Assembly (NCBI GenBank): GCA_030265395.1
Contig: JARFYF010000001.1
Span: 45,347,506 to 45,411,505 of the forward strand
Source: Rhina ancylostomus
Taxonomy: Eukaryota
Direction: 5' to 3'
Length of the DNA stretch: 64,000 nucleotides
A program made the position numbers and the translations under genes. Below the pieces are notes generated by a model. The model saw only the letters and a program-made list of their open reading frames with translations. It did not search any database and was not told the origin of the DNA. Shown here piece after piece: positions 1 through 12,441 of this stretch; positions within the stretch are counted from its first letter, which is position 1, and every line of letters begins with the position of its first letter.

Positions 1-470
1 TTTTTCAATATAAAAACACTGCATGGCCGGCCTGGTTCTACATTGAAGTAAAGTAGACCGCGCACAATGGACTCCCTTTCGATTTCCAAAACTACAAAAG
101 GTACCAGAAGTCTGCTCTGCATTCGTTACATTGCAAGGAGGTTTACGATTCCCAGGAATCAGAAATTGCTGCAATTAATTTTTGGCGATCGACTTCTTTG
201 TTGCTGTATTTTTGTTTAAATGCTGTTGCACTTCTAGTAAACAGAATAAAATTCGAGTGTTGGTTATTTTCCTGTTGATGGCAGGGATATTTCTTTGCAT
301 TGAAGGATTTTAGTCGGGCTCTGTGCACAGATTACAATGAACAGGAGCGGGCGCCGCTTTGGAATTAGTTTTGTAGGTGTCGCTGTTGTCCACAGTTAAG
401 ATCAAATTCAACTGCCTGTCGATCATGTGATGTTACGGGGAGGTAGTGCTTCAAGGCCACTTTCAAATTC

Positions 471-491
471 CATTGGCTCAGTAGTCATGTG
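471..491 (+). promoter_or_regulatory. HoxD10 proximal promoter: inverted CCAAT box plus E-box
   Basis: CATTGG at 471-476 and CATGTG at 486-491, about 100 nt upstream of the ATG. Confidence 0.6.
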
Positions 492-587
492 GCTGTACAG
501 AGGCTTCCACAATTACATAGGGAATGTTTTGTTAGAGATGTCAGCTTACAAAGGACATCCTCTGCTTTCTTCAAATTGCTCTCCAAA

Positions 588-1326
588 ATGTCCTGTCCCA
601 ATAGCTCTCCCGCTACTAACTCGTTTTTAGTAGATTCCCTGATTAGTGCTTGCAGGGGTGACAGCTTCTATTCAAACAGCTCCCTTTACATGCCATCGAG
701 CACGGATATGGGAACTTACGGAATGCAGACCTGTGGACTGCTCCCGACTATGACTAAACGAGGAGAGATTACCCATCAAAATATGAGCATGAGCGTCCAT
801 CCGTATTTATCTCAGGTAGACGGTTGGGCTGACCCTTCGAGACCATGCCGAATTGAGCAACCTGTTACTCCACAGATGCCCACGTGTTCTTTTCCTACTA
901 GCATAAAGGAAGAAAGCACTTGCTGCATGTATAATTCTGATAAGCGAGCCAAACTCAATCCTGCCGCAGTTCCCACCTACCCCAGGCTGGTGTCTGAAAG
1001 CTGTTCAATTGAGAACCCTGAAATTCCCATCCCGGGATATTTCAGACTCTGCCAGGCGTACCCACTAGAGAAAAGTGTGGACTATAATCACGCTGGAGAG
1101 ATCAGTTCAAATGTAGTGCCGCACTCAAGCCCTGGGTGCATCAGTAAACTTCAGGTGCCCAACCAGTCTCCAGCGGAAACGAAAATAAACGAGAAGCCAA
1201 ACGCACAGGAATCCATTAAGGGAATATATGTGGAAAGTCCTGAGCCAAAGCCGAGTTTACTGGAGGCCAGTGCAACCGCTAAAGAAGGCGAGTCTGGCTC
1301 GGAACTGTCGGACAAAGAGGCTGAAG
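588..1326 (+). CDS. HOXD10: HoxD10 coding exon 1; CDS join(588..1326,2401..2672), 336 aa
   Basis: ATG at 588 opens [23 protein letters not shown], the HoxD10-type N-terminus. Donor G|GTGAG at 1326/1327, phase 1. Confidence 0.95.
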
Positions 1327-2400
1327 GTGAGCATTTGAAAGATTTAATGTGAACATGGCAGTAATTGTAAGGCTGATACAAAAACTTACATTGCCATTAT
1401 AATGCGGAACTTTATCATGGCAATATATTTGGAAGGTTGTGCATACTTTCGTTCAATTATTCTCTTTTAAGAAACGGCATATTGAATATGAAGAAGAGCT
1501 GTTGGAAATTTTGCTCAATAATGATCGGGCAATTGTGAATGACATAATAAAGACCAATAGAGACAGTAAAATGCCTACGGTATTATACGAACCTTTCTGT
1601 ACCAGAGACGACACTTATTAAGAACAAATATTCATATATTGATTCTACAGACGCAACTTAAATTGTACGCGTTTTATTAGGGAATGTAAATCACTTGCAA
1701 CATTTCTGACTTGGAAGGTTTGAACGGGAGTGTTGGCCTCTGTTAGAATTGTCAGGTGGTCCGAAATACTTTACATTAAATATATAGCATATTATTATAG
1801 CCTGTGGGAAAACGTTCCATTCAAATATTTCGAAATATTGTTAGCCATTTATAATCATAAGTTCGAATTGAGCCGGGTTCTAAGAGCCAGCGATGATACG
1901 GGTAATATGAAGATTCACCTCAGAATTACTGCCAGCATATTTGTATTGTCGGCATTATAGAATTACTAAATTTAGTTATGTGAAAAATGACCTATTGGTG
2001 GAAAAACGTATCGGTGCAAAGTAACCTAAAGCATTGTATTTAGTTCGCAAATCCAATGTTTTCTCTTGATTTAGATATTTATTTGAAGTTTCACAAATCT
2101 CTGCTAAATGGTGCATATTAATAAACATATGTTGTAATACTATTTGCCAATTTCCAAAAAATATATTTTCAGTTATCTTATTCTACTAAAGCAGTTTTAT
2201 TTCGGAGTTGTAACAATTTGTGCCGATATTGTTTTAATAATTTGCCAGTAAGTAATTAACGTCTTAAGTTGCTACAATCAGCATACAACTAACGGTGTTG
2301 TTTTTTTGCGTTTAATCCTATCAGCTGAGATGTAACTGCATTGCATTGAGTAAGAGGAATATTTGCTGGATTCTCATTTCTTGTTTCTTACTTCTGATAG

Positions 2401-2672
2401 ATGAGACCAAAACTCCGATAAGCAACTGGCTAACAGCAAATAGTGGAAGGAAAAAGAGATGTCCTTATACAAAACATCAAACACTGGAATTAGAGAAAGA
2501 ATTTTTATTTAATATGTATCTGACTCGTGAGCGCCGTCTAGAGATAAGTAAGAGCGTGAATCTGACCGACAGACAAGTGAAAATCTGGTTTCAAAATCGT
2601 AGAATGAAGCTGAAGAAAATGAGCAGAGAAAACCGAATTCGAGAACTGACCACTAACCTGACCTTCTCGTGA
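2401..2672 (+). CDS. HOXD10: HoxD10 coding exon 2 (Abd-B class homeodomain)
   Basis: Pyrimidine tract then AG at 2399-2400. Encodes [82 protein letters not shown], a paralogue group (PG) 10 homeodomain with a D10-type tail. Confidence 0.96.
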
Positions 2673-5584
2673 GCGTGAAACACGGATTCAATGTGACCCA
2701 ACGCATTTGATAATGTAGTAGCTGACTGGGGATTGTGGAATAAGTCTGTTTATCCACTCTGGGATATTATCGATAATTTTGATCTCAATGTTTTAGCGTT
2801 ATGGTTGTCTGAAAGTACAATTGCACGTTTGCCTTAGCAAGAATATTTTCTTTTAAGAATGTTCTATTGAATGTAAGGCTAATAATTTACTTTGCTTAGC
2901 AGGTAAAGCTTAAGTTATTTGACATGATACGATTTTCGTGCAATTTGAGAAAAGTGTTCTGTTTACCAGAACACGATTTGAAGCGTTAGTTACCGTTACA
3001 CTTAACCCATAGTCCTATAAATACAATGTTTAGGTCTATAGACGAAACTCTTTTGGTCGGTTTCTGAAAAGTGCGATGCAGTCGTAATGTAAATTTTCGT
3101 TTATTTATATGCATGTGCCTGTCCTAAATTATATTTCAACTTCTTTAACCCCCTTTTCAAGTAAGGGAGTTTTCGCTAATAGCCATAGGCAGAATTGCTA
3201 AGTTAATAGTGGGCAATATAATCAAAATGTTTTAACTACGATAAATACTTCTTCGGTTTAATAAATTGAATGTAATAATGCAATTCGAATATTAATTTCA
3301 TCTCATTTCCTAAAGCATCAAAAAAACAAAGCACAGTTGTGTGTCAAGTGGCCTACATAAAATCCGCAGGGCAGTTTTCTCTAATTAAATTAAACAAACC
3401 AAAGAGCAGGATTAAACCGGAGAGTCTACCCCGTTTGGTAAAGGACACATAATTTGTAAATGTACGCATTTATTTATCAAAATATTATTTAATTTTTCCT
3501 CCCGAAATATGTTTTCAATAAATACGGATTTCTTAATATTTATTAGTATAACCCCTCTACCAGAATGTAAGATGGTAGTATCTCAATCGATGTTTTGGAA
3601 ATGAAGTGCAAGAAGCCCTTTGCTGCAGAAATATGTACATAATGTATTAATCTGCTTTATTAATTAAGAAAAGGTTCACGGTTAGTTTTCTTTATTTGAG
3701 TTTGACTTTAACCACGGTATGGAAAATATTTTTTGTTGAGTTCCTAGTACTGATAAACATATCTGGCATGTCTAAGACGGGATAGTTCGACGTTTTCAAT
3801 TTAAATGGCAATTCCTTTGCTCATTTTTTTATTATCCGGTCGGAAATAACCTGAGACTATTTGGTTGCAGTCAGGATCAAATATTATGAAATATTTTCGT
3901 TTCTTCTGACGAATAACAGTTGCATCCTGTGATTATTATCCGCTACAACCAAAATAAAAGAATAATTTTAGTGGCACGGTTAGACTCCTTGATACTTCTA
4001 ACGCATGGTTTTATGATGAAAATACAATGATGAAATAGAATGTCTCAAAAGACTTAAAAACAAATCAAACTGTAAATCAAAGTGGACAAAAGGGAACGGC
4101 GGGATAAAAGTTTAGTTCGTTGCATTCTTTTTGACAAAAAAAGTCCAATCCAATCAATAAAGCGCTTCAAGAGACAAGTTAACATATAGGTTTATAGATG
4201 TGCATCATTTTTAAATAATGGAATTTCACTTCAATAGGGCCGCACAGTCTATATCATTAAAACGCAGAGATCTATGATTTTAGTTTGAAATCGAAATTAC
4301 AATAATTCTTCGATAAAACGTGGGTGCCATAAACATTATAAAATTGTTCAATTGAACAAAATAGCGTTGCTGCATGCATTTATGGCACTTGAGAACAAAA
4401 CTGCGAAACATTTAAAATTGCAATGTATACAAGGGCAGCACTAAGATATAGTACAAGAATTGAAACCAAATCAAACTCATCAATCTGATCAATCATGAAC
4501 TGTGAAAGAAAATATTGTTTTAAGATAATTTGAACCAAAATCTGAACATTTACTGTGCTTGTTTAGCATAACACTTATTTCGACATACATTCCCACTAAT
4601 GCTAAATATATTACTGTCACTCAGTTTGTTCTACATGAGAGGACAAGAAAAAGTCTCCAATTTGTTACTTAATGGCTGACTTTCTATGTTCAAATGGAGA
4701 AATAAACAAAATTGTGTTCTTTTAGTAAGTTTGAACTTATTAACAGTCGAATTTAGTTAATTTTCCTCCATAATAACTAGATTTTTAGTAGTGATAGACT
4801 AGTTGGGTTTTGTAGAATCCTGGTGGTGTAAGGTTATAAACTATTTAACAGTACTGCTTCTGTTCTCGTATTACAGCATAACACCGACCCGAGTGTTTAT
4901 CTCTAAGGTATTATTCTTCGAGTGGTAATGCATTGACTTAACTACTTTAACTCTTTAGAAAATAAAGTTTTACTTGGCGTGCAACAAAATGGCAGCTAAC
5001 GAAAAAAATGCTCTTGAACTAAAGTAATTGCAGGAACTACAAAAAAATTACAAATATGAGTGTGATAGAACATTAACTACATTTAAAGTTTGTTTTAAAT
5101 AACTCTAAGCGAAAACAATTTTAATCCACGCTTCAGGCACAGACAATGCTACATTTATCTATATGCACACTCAATGTCTAATTCTTAAAGTCACGCCAGA
5201 AAAGGAATAAGCCGTATTTTCATTTTGCAAATTGCATAGATCAGCAGCATTGAATAAATTAGCGCGCAGTAAACAAGTGACACCTTGGAAAAAAAACTCG
5301 ATCAGTTAACCACCTCAATGTACATAATTGCCCACTGCCTATATTCGGCAAGATGATTATTTCTTAATGTTAACTGGCAGCCTGGAGTGGCAAACGTAAA
5401 ATCAAAGTTAGCTCTTCTTTAGTGATCATGAATTTCTTAAAGGTTCTTCAGTGCATAAGGTGTGCCATGTGAAGTAATACAATATAACGGTTCAAACTGG
5501 AGAAGATTTTGGTCTTTTGCTATGATCTATAAGACTTTTTTTCGCTTGTAATGAACAAATATTAAGCAATAACGCCCCGCTCAT

Positions 5585-5632
5585 AAACACACGCACAGGC
5601 ACACGCAATACACACACACACACACACACACA
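5585..5632. repeat. Imperfect (CA)n microsatellite
   Basis: acacacgcacaggcacacgcaatacacacacacacacacacacaca. Confidence 0.85.
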
Positions 5633-6899
5633 GAGGAACAAACGATACAGCTGCTGTTTTTCTCCCAGCGAAGTCTATTTTCATTTCTGAAACCTCCCGA
5701 GGTTGGTTGTGCTACTGGCTGTAAACTAATTGTGGCGAATGCCAAGATTGCTGAGCCATTCCTGGCCATTCAAACAAAAACAAAGTTCAACGCGAAACAT
5801 GAAGAAGTAACTTGGGAATAAAGCATCTGAAATGTAAATCTAAAGATCCTCACTTTTATCATTAATGAAATCTCGCCCATTTTTTTGTCATGGAGGACGG
5901 TCACTGAGTGCGTTTTCGGTAGAAATGCGCAGTCCCTCTACAACAGTTTAATCCCTGTCATCTTTAAAAACTCCGAGCTCAATCTTGCCGACCTTTACTC
6001 ATCGACTCGTTCCAATTTCTCTATTGTATCACTCAGCGAGAGCCATGAAACATGGCACTGGAACTGGTGATACGCGTTTATGTTTTAAACATATATTCTC
6101 CTCTTTTGTATACGATGGTACACTGAACCGCTATTAACAGGCGATGTACCAGAAGCACATTTATAAGCAGGAATATTGCACCTTTGTGGGAATATTTCGG
6201 CGCCCAGTGTTGATTAAACATACTTTACAATGCCAAAGGAGGCCTGTTTTATTAAAGACACATTAATGTATAATCAAATACACCTCATAAAATTTTTATT
6301 GATAGACATAAAAACATTTATGGTGGCTTCTGAGTATAGACTATAAAGCAGGGGAGGAGCCGTTTACTTCAAAATGTGGTGATATTTAAAACAAATGAAA
6401 CTATCAGACGAAGAATCGAAATGGGGGAAATAAAACAGCTCGTTCGTGTACTCAAGACTTTTTAAGGGAAATGTTCAAATCCTTCATCTTACAGCATGTC
6501 GTTTACTCCTTTTATGGGAAACGTTAGTCAATGATCTGTAAACGCTCTCATCTAAACAGGGTATATACACAATATAGAAACACCAACGTACCTCGAAGGT
6601 GTTTTCTTGCCGCTTTATTGCACTAAGCTAACAGATATTTGCTCTTGACATAGATCATGGACTATTCGCTGCTGATTATGAAATGAGTGACAGACATTAA
6701 TTAGCTTACGGGGGGAAAATAGTCCCCAGTTTCTCCAGAAGCTTTTTTTTCACTGCACTTGGAGAGTTTGTTCTTCTGACCCCAGAAGAAAGTTCCCAAT
6801 GTTCTTAATCGAGTGATCTTTTTTGTTCCACTGACGATACAATATTTTATTTCTCATAAAGCTGGTCTAGGCCCATATGTGGTCACACTGATGAGCGGA

Positions 6900-6951
6900 T
6901 TGATTTACTCACTGTATTGGTAAATACAATCACGTGAGTCGCGCAACCAAT
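6900..6951 (+). promoter_or_regulatory. HoxD9 proximal promoter: Pbx/Hox-like site, ATTGG, E-box, CCAAT
   Basis: TGATTTAC 6901-6908, ATTGG 6916-6920, CACGTG 6931-6936 and CCAAT 6947-6951, 100-150 nt before the ATG. Confidence 0.65.
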
Positions 6952-7051
6952 AGCTGCAGCTGTAGTCGGCAAAATACTATGATTGTTCTGAGTGAAGGTA
7001 TCAGATACACTTCCCAGTGTAACCTTTTCTATGAAAGCGAGAGAGCCTAAA

Positions 7052-7607
7052 ATGTCGACCGGTGGCACCATACACAATTATTATGTTGATTCTTTGATAG
7101 GACAGGAGACTGAGGACTTGTACGCGGCGAGGTATGCACAAGGAGCCCACAGCACAGCTTCAAGGCCATCAGGTGTAACAGACAGTTCAGATTTCTCCTC
7201 CTGCAGTTTTACCCCCAAATCAACCGTGTTTTCCAATCCCTGGTCTCCCGTTCATCCACCATCCTCTGGCGCCGTTGCAGGGATCTATCATCCTTATATG
7301 CACCAGTCGCACCTTGGAGCTGCAGATTCCAGATACCCACGCTCATGGTTAGAACCCCTCTCCACTTCAGTCTCTTTCCCCGGATTCCATCCCAACGGCC
7401 GGCATTACGGAATCAAGCCAGAAACTCTGGCGGCCAAGAGGACTGAGTGCTCTTCCTATGAGCTGCAAACCCTCAGCCTGCCCGAATTCACGTGCAGCTC
7501 CTACCCAGAGAGCAGGGAGAAGCTTCCCAAGGAGCTTGGCTGCACCAGCTCCGAGACTACGAACAGCAGTGAGCACAAGGAGGAGAAACCCCGGCAACTT
7601 GACCCAA
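7052..7607 (+). CDS. HOXD9: HoxD9 coding exon 1; CDS join(7052..7607,8141..8382), 265 aa (an in-frame ATG at 7031 would add 7 aa)
   Basis: Hox9 activation region MSTGGTIHNYYVDSLIG...SSCSF...RSWLEP...HYGIKPE. Donor A|GTAAGT at 7607/7608. Confidence 0.94.
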
Positions 7608-8140
7608 GTAAGTGTAAGAATTGCAGCTTGATTTACAACCCGAACCTGTAGACCCGAGTGTGCAAAGCTGATGGTTTTACAAACCTATAAAAATGTCTAG
7701 ACGCCTGCCCAAGTCTGAAAAGCCACAGCCAGCAGTAAAAAGTTTATATTGTTTACAGAGTATTTTTACACACAAATTTGCGCGAGACTATAAAACCTTA
7801 TTTTCAAGTTGATGCACTACTTCTCGCTAAATTTGACAGGGTTTTCCGAAAATTGAAGATAAAATGTACTGGTTTTTTACTAACTTAAAGTAATTGTGTT
7901 TTTTTTCACTACTCCCATCATGGCGTTTTGTTTATTTTTGATAGTAAGCCACCTCCAGATATGCTCGAATCTACTGAAGGCAAATAGTCATTCAATTTCT
8001 GAATATATCGTCCTGAACTTGACAAGACAAATAGCACTGTAACTATTGAGCGTGTGGGAATTTTTGAGAGAGTCTGAAATTCCACGAAAGGTGTACAGAA
8101 GCTAACCACAATTTAATTCGTGATTATTTCTTACTTCCAG

Positions 8141-8382
8141 ATCACCCAGCAATAAATTGGATCCACGCTCGCTCTACCAGGAAGAAACGTTGCCCCTACA
8201 CCAAGTACCAGACCCTTGAATTGGAAAAGGAGTTTTTATTTAATATGTATCTTACCAGAGACCGCCGTTATGAAGTTGCTAGAATTTTAAATCTTACGGA
8301 GCGGCAAGTAAAAATTTGGTTTCAAAACAGAAGAATGAAAATGAAAAAGATGAACAAAGTGAAAAACAATGAAGAACCGTGA
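8141..8382 (+). CDS. HOXD9: HoxD9 coding exon 2 (homeodomain; missing from the ORF track)
   Basis: ttacttccag acceptor at 8139-8140. My translation: (N)[82 protein letters not shown] at 8380-8382. Confidence 0.95.
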
Positions 8383-11300
8383 TTGCCCGTCCGTTTCCTA
8401 ACGATAGATCTGAAAACCGTACAGACTTTGTAAAAAGTGTTTTGTCCATCTGGTGGTGCTTGGTCTATTCGAAGCACGGTCTATGTTCCCAGTGTTGTAC
8501 TGTTTCAGAACAATCCTGTGTTTAAACAACTGCCTTTTATCTAGTGACTCTCCCTGATTTGCTGCTATGGGTTACATTAAACAAAATTTAAACTGATGTC
8601 AGCACGTTAGTTGTATTACGTTAGAACTTTGACGACATTATTAAGATATACTTGTTTTATATAGACATAAACACGCACATTTGAACAGTTTGTTTATGTG
8701 CAACGTGTATAATTCCGTGTTTCTGCTGTATTGCTAGAATAATGTTTAGATATAAATTTAGAGGGAAACAATACAATGCCATTTTATGCAGTTTTAATGC
8801 CAGTTCTCTGTGGAATGTAATGCAAACGTTGTACATCATTGTTAATTTCCGATGGAATGAGACTATCACTGTGCTGATAAAGGCAATGTAATATTTATTT
8901 ATAATGTTTCAGGTTAACTTCGCGAAGCATCACGGTCACTCTGGAAAGACGTCTAGTCCTCGAATAACTTAAAAGTGTCATTGAACAGTAGGCATTTTGA
9001 CTAAAGAACACAAATAAATAGAAATTGTTTAAATTTTGTTACTTTTCCTGTGACTGTGGGAATCTTTTTTTACTGCGTTTGGGACAATCTGAAGCAAGTT
9101 TATTTTAGCGACGTGAATAAGAACTGCTTTAATGCGGAGCTAATGGCGTCTATGTGAATACTCTTATAAAGAGCTAGTGACTTGGGTCATTACATAAGTC
9201 AAATCCATTGTATTTAATAAGAGAATATAATTTCACCGTAGTTTCTGATTTACTCCCGATCCTCTACGTTATTTAATAGCTACCACAGATGTGACAATAA
9301 AAATTATACTGTGCTACAAAAGTCAAAATGCTATAAATAAAAGAGGAATGTTCCACTTATGTACGCTGTTTTGTACCTCACTTTTGGTCAATAAGGTAAC
9401 AATGAAATGTTTATGAACATTTCAGGTTTGCTGCCAGGGCAAAAAGTCATTCATTATTCGATAAACGCTCTGAGGATGCAGACAGCCGAGCATAGAATGA
9501 GGACCTGCATATTCCGTTAGTTTGACTTTTCACCTTGTTTTAGTTTTACATTGAAAACAGTCGCTATTGTTGATTAGATGGCATTATCAAGATGGTACAA
9601 AAACGATTTCCTTCAGATTACCCGAAAAGCACTCTTATTTTAGCGTCTGATGGAAATGGACAGTTTGCTAGCATTAATTATAAACCCGCTTGTGAAATTT
9701 TTGGATGTGGCAGTTAGAAGCTATCAACGATACGCATGCTGGTGCACTTTAATTTTGTAGATGAAGTTGCTCATCGGTTTTAATCAATTCACTTTATATA
9801 TATCTAGGGTACACGAACTGGTGTTTGCTTGAAGTCAGTTGCCCGTCTCTTAAGCAAATCTTTACCCACTGTTGATATATTTTCAATAATTTCTCCCTTT
9901 CTGTTTGAGCAGTTTGTTTTTTTATATAAATGTTATTCATCTGTAAGACCTAATCGCACTTTGGGAAAGTTCATTGTCACAGATACATATGTTGCATTGG
10001 TCAAGTAAGGATAGAAACACAAACTACCGCAGTATTATTGGGAAGACATTGTATACGGAGGAGGTATAATCGACCCATAAATGGCCACAAAGCACAAACA
10101 GTTCGAAAGCTTGTTTTTATTTCACGTCACTATCTCAGTTAGATATTCCACTGGAAACAACGGCGTGAATTTCTCAAATTAGAACCGTGTTCTTTTTGGA
10201 GAAGTTCCCTGAAAACGTGTCGTGTCCAGAGGTGTTGAATTGCAACGCCATCTATTGCCACAATTTTGTGTACAGTACTTTAAAACAGGAAGGAACGGGA
10301 TACGATAAACCCCACAACTGGCTAGACGTCTTAATGGCTTTATGGGTTTCTTCGTGTAATTACGGTCTTCTTTGAAATCAACCAGTTCAATGTTTTTGTC
10401 TGTTGGTGACAAATAAAATGCAGACACTAGTTAAAGAGACGAAGACAATTAATTCCGCCTTGTCACTTAAATCTGGACAAACCGGTAACTATTCCCAAGC
10501 ATATATGCAAGAAAATCAGCGCAGTACACTCGGTATAAAGTAGATTTACATAAAATATTGGTCAGTGTGTCCAATTAAATAAACATAACGAGGAATCTGC
10601 AAGTTTAATTAACGGAAGGCCCTGTAATAGAAAACACACACACAAAGATATTTATCTCTACTGCAACACATTTTGTTATGCAAAATGCAAATGAATTATA
10701 CTGGAATTTTGCTAACAAATAGTGTACAGCGAGTCAAAACAAAATTGAACAAAACTAAATTCTCTTAATTAGGTCTCACGTTCCATGATCTTTTTCTTCA
10801 CAATTTGCAACTTAAGATAAACGCTCCCGACTTCTCGCGCAAACGTTCACAACAATTCACGAATTCGGAGAAGGTTCTGATAGCAGCAGCGAAGCGCACC
10901 AATGACGCGGCATCGCAGCCTATAGACGAACATATTTAGATGTTACCAGATTTTCATAGTCCCTAATAGGGTTCCCTTATGCCTCTATGTTTATTTCATT
11001 GTCTGCGTATACATGTGCAATCACATACATCTCCCTACACCCACCGCTTTCTTCACCCCAATTTTCCATTCGTATGCCGACATAAATATATTTTCTACTT
11101 TAGAAAATATATATGGAAAATTAGCGGAAAATTTGTTTTAGACAGCCATATCAGTCAAATATATACAGTTGCCGAAAACGTTCTGGCCAATAACAACCAA
11201 ATGAAGTTGCAAATAATCAACTAACTTTTCGAGCTTCAGTTGTTTTCAGTTGTAAATTCATGAAAGCCGACGTCTAATAAGGTGCAGAGCAGAAGAAATT

Positions 11301-12395
11301 CGGAGTTTCAGTGAAAATTCTGATTCAATTCACATGGAACTATTTCTAGCACCCATTGAGATCTATTGCAGCTGTTTTTATATTTCATTTCTTCAACATT
11401 TTAATTTATTCTCAAGTGATTCGTCTAGAAAAGGAACAAAAGTAGCCCGTGTTCCGACTTAGTTGTAATGCATACAATTGACCACCGGGGAGCGCCGTCG
11501 CTCCATTTTACCAAATTGGAAACTTGGGGTGATAACAGAAAGATATTAAAAAAGGTTAAAAGCCAAGCACTCTATTTTTTCATAAGACTTTTTTTCCAAA
11601 TTTGGAAAACAGTAAGATCTTAACCCTGATTTTTCACTGGAGTTTCAAAATAAATTTCCCATCACAGTTATAGACTCACAAAAATAGTTGAAAATTAAAC
11701 ACGTGTGAACATGTGCTCGCTTGAACATTAAGGAATCTAAATAACTTCATGGAAATGTATCATTAAATAATTACATTACAGGAGATTTCCATATCAAAAT
11801 ATTTGTAAGAATAAAATTGACTGATTTTTCAGAACAATACACACCTGTTGCAAGTAATAGGAATTTCAATTTTCTCACAAAAATCCCCATTAATTGCGGC
11901 TGCTCTCGCCTTTGTTCTAATGATGTTCATTCGCCGAAATTCTAAAAAGTGATCTTTCTGCAATGGACCCAGGCTTATATTACGGACAAAGTCGGCACGA
12001 TAGATGTCAAATACACTGGTGTGAGAGTCGAGAAAAAGAATCAATCAGACTTTTTGTTCTTTTTCAATTTTAATAAATTACGTTAGTTATGAAGAAAACT
12101 GAAAATGCATTAACCGGTGCAGCATTATTACAATAAATGGCGCATCGTTCGAGCTATCTTACTAACATTTATAAATAACAGTTGTTACAATTATTTCTGA
12201 TTTTTTTCGTGTATTTCAGCCGTTAAAGAGTACAACAAATAGAGCCAGTTCCACGATTTTTTTTACTATTTGCTTGACGGCAAATTTTACATTTTTCCAA
12301 CAAAAATACTTCTTCCAAAAAATGTAGAAGTTCTCCACATATTTCTGAAACATTTTAAAGCGTTCTGAAGCAGATGTATGATTTTAAAGTGAAAT

Positions 12396-12441
12396 AGAAT
12401 AAACCACATCACACTCACAGAATAAACCACATCACACTCAC
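12396..12441. repeat. Perfect 23-bp tandem duplication
   Basis: agaataaaccacatcacactcac at 12396-12418 and 12419-12441. Confidence 0.9.

Noticed and set aside
489-587. N-terminal extension of the HoxD10 ORF from GTG 489
   Set aside because: Produced by alternative start codons in the ORF track; the conserved protein begins at ATG 588. The same applies to the extensions at 6992, 14863, 25222 and 34838.
6556-6567. ACAGGGTATATA, complementary to the miR-10 5' end
   Set aside because: Intergenic, with no evidence that it lies in a transcript and no hairpin partner.
2700-6900. Search for mir-196 between HoxD10 and HoxD9
   Set aside because: No TAGGTAGTTT-like mature sequence or hairpin was seen.
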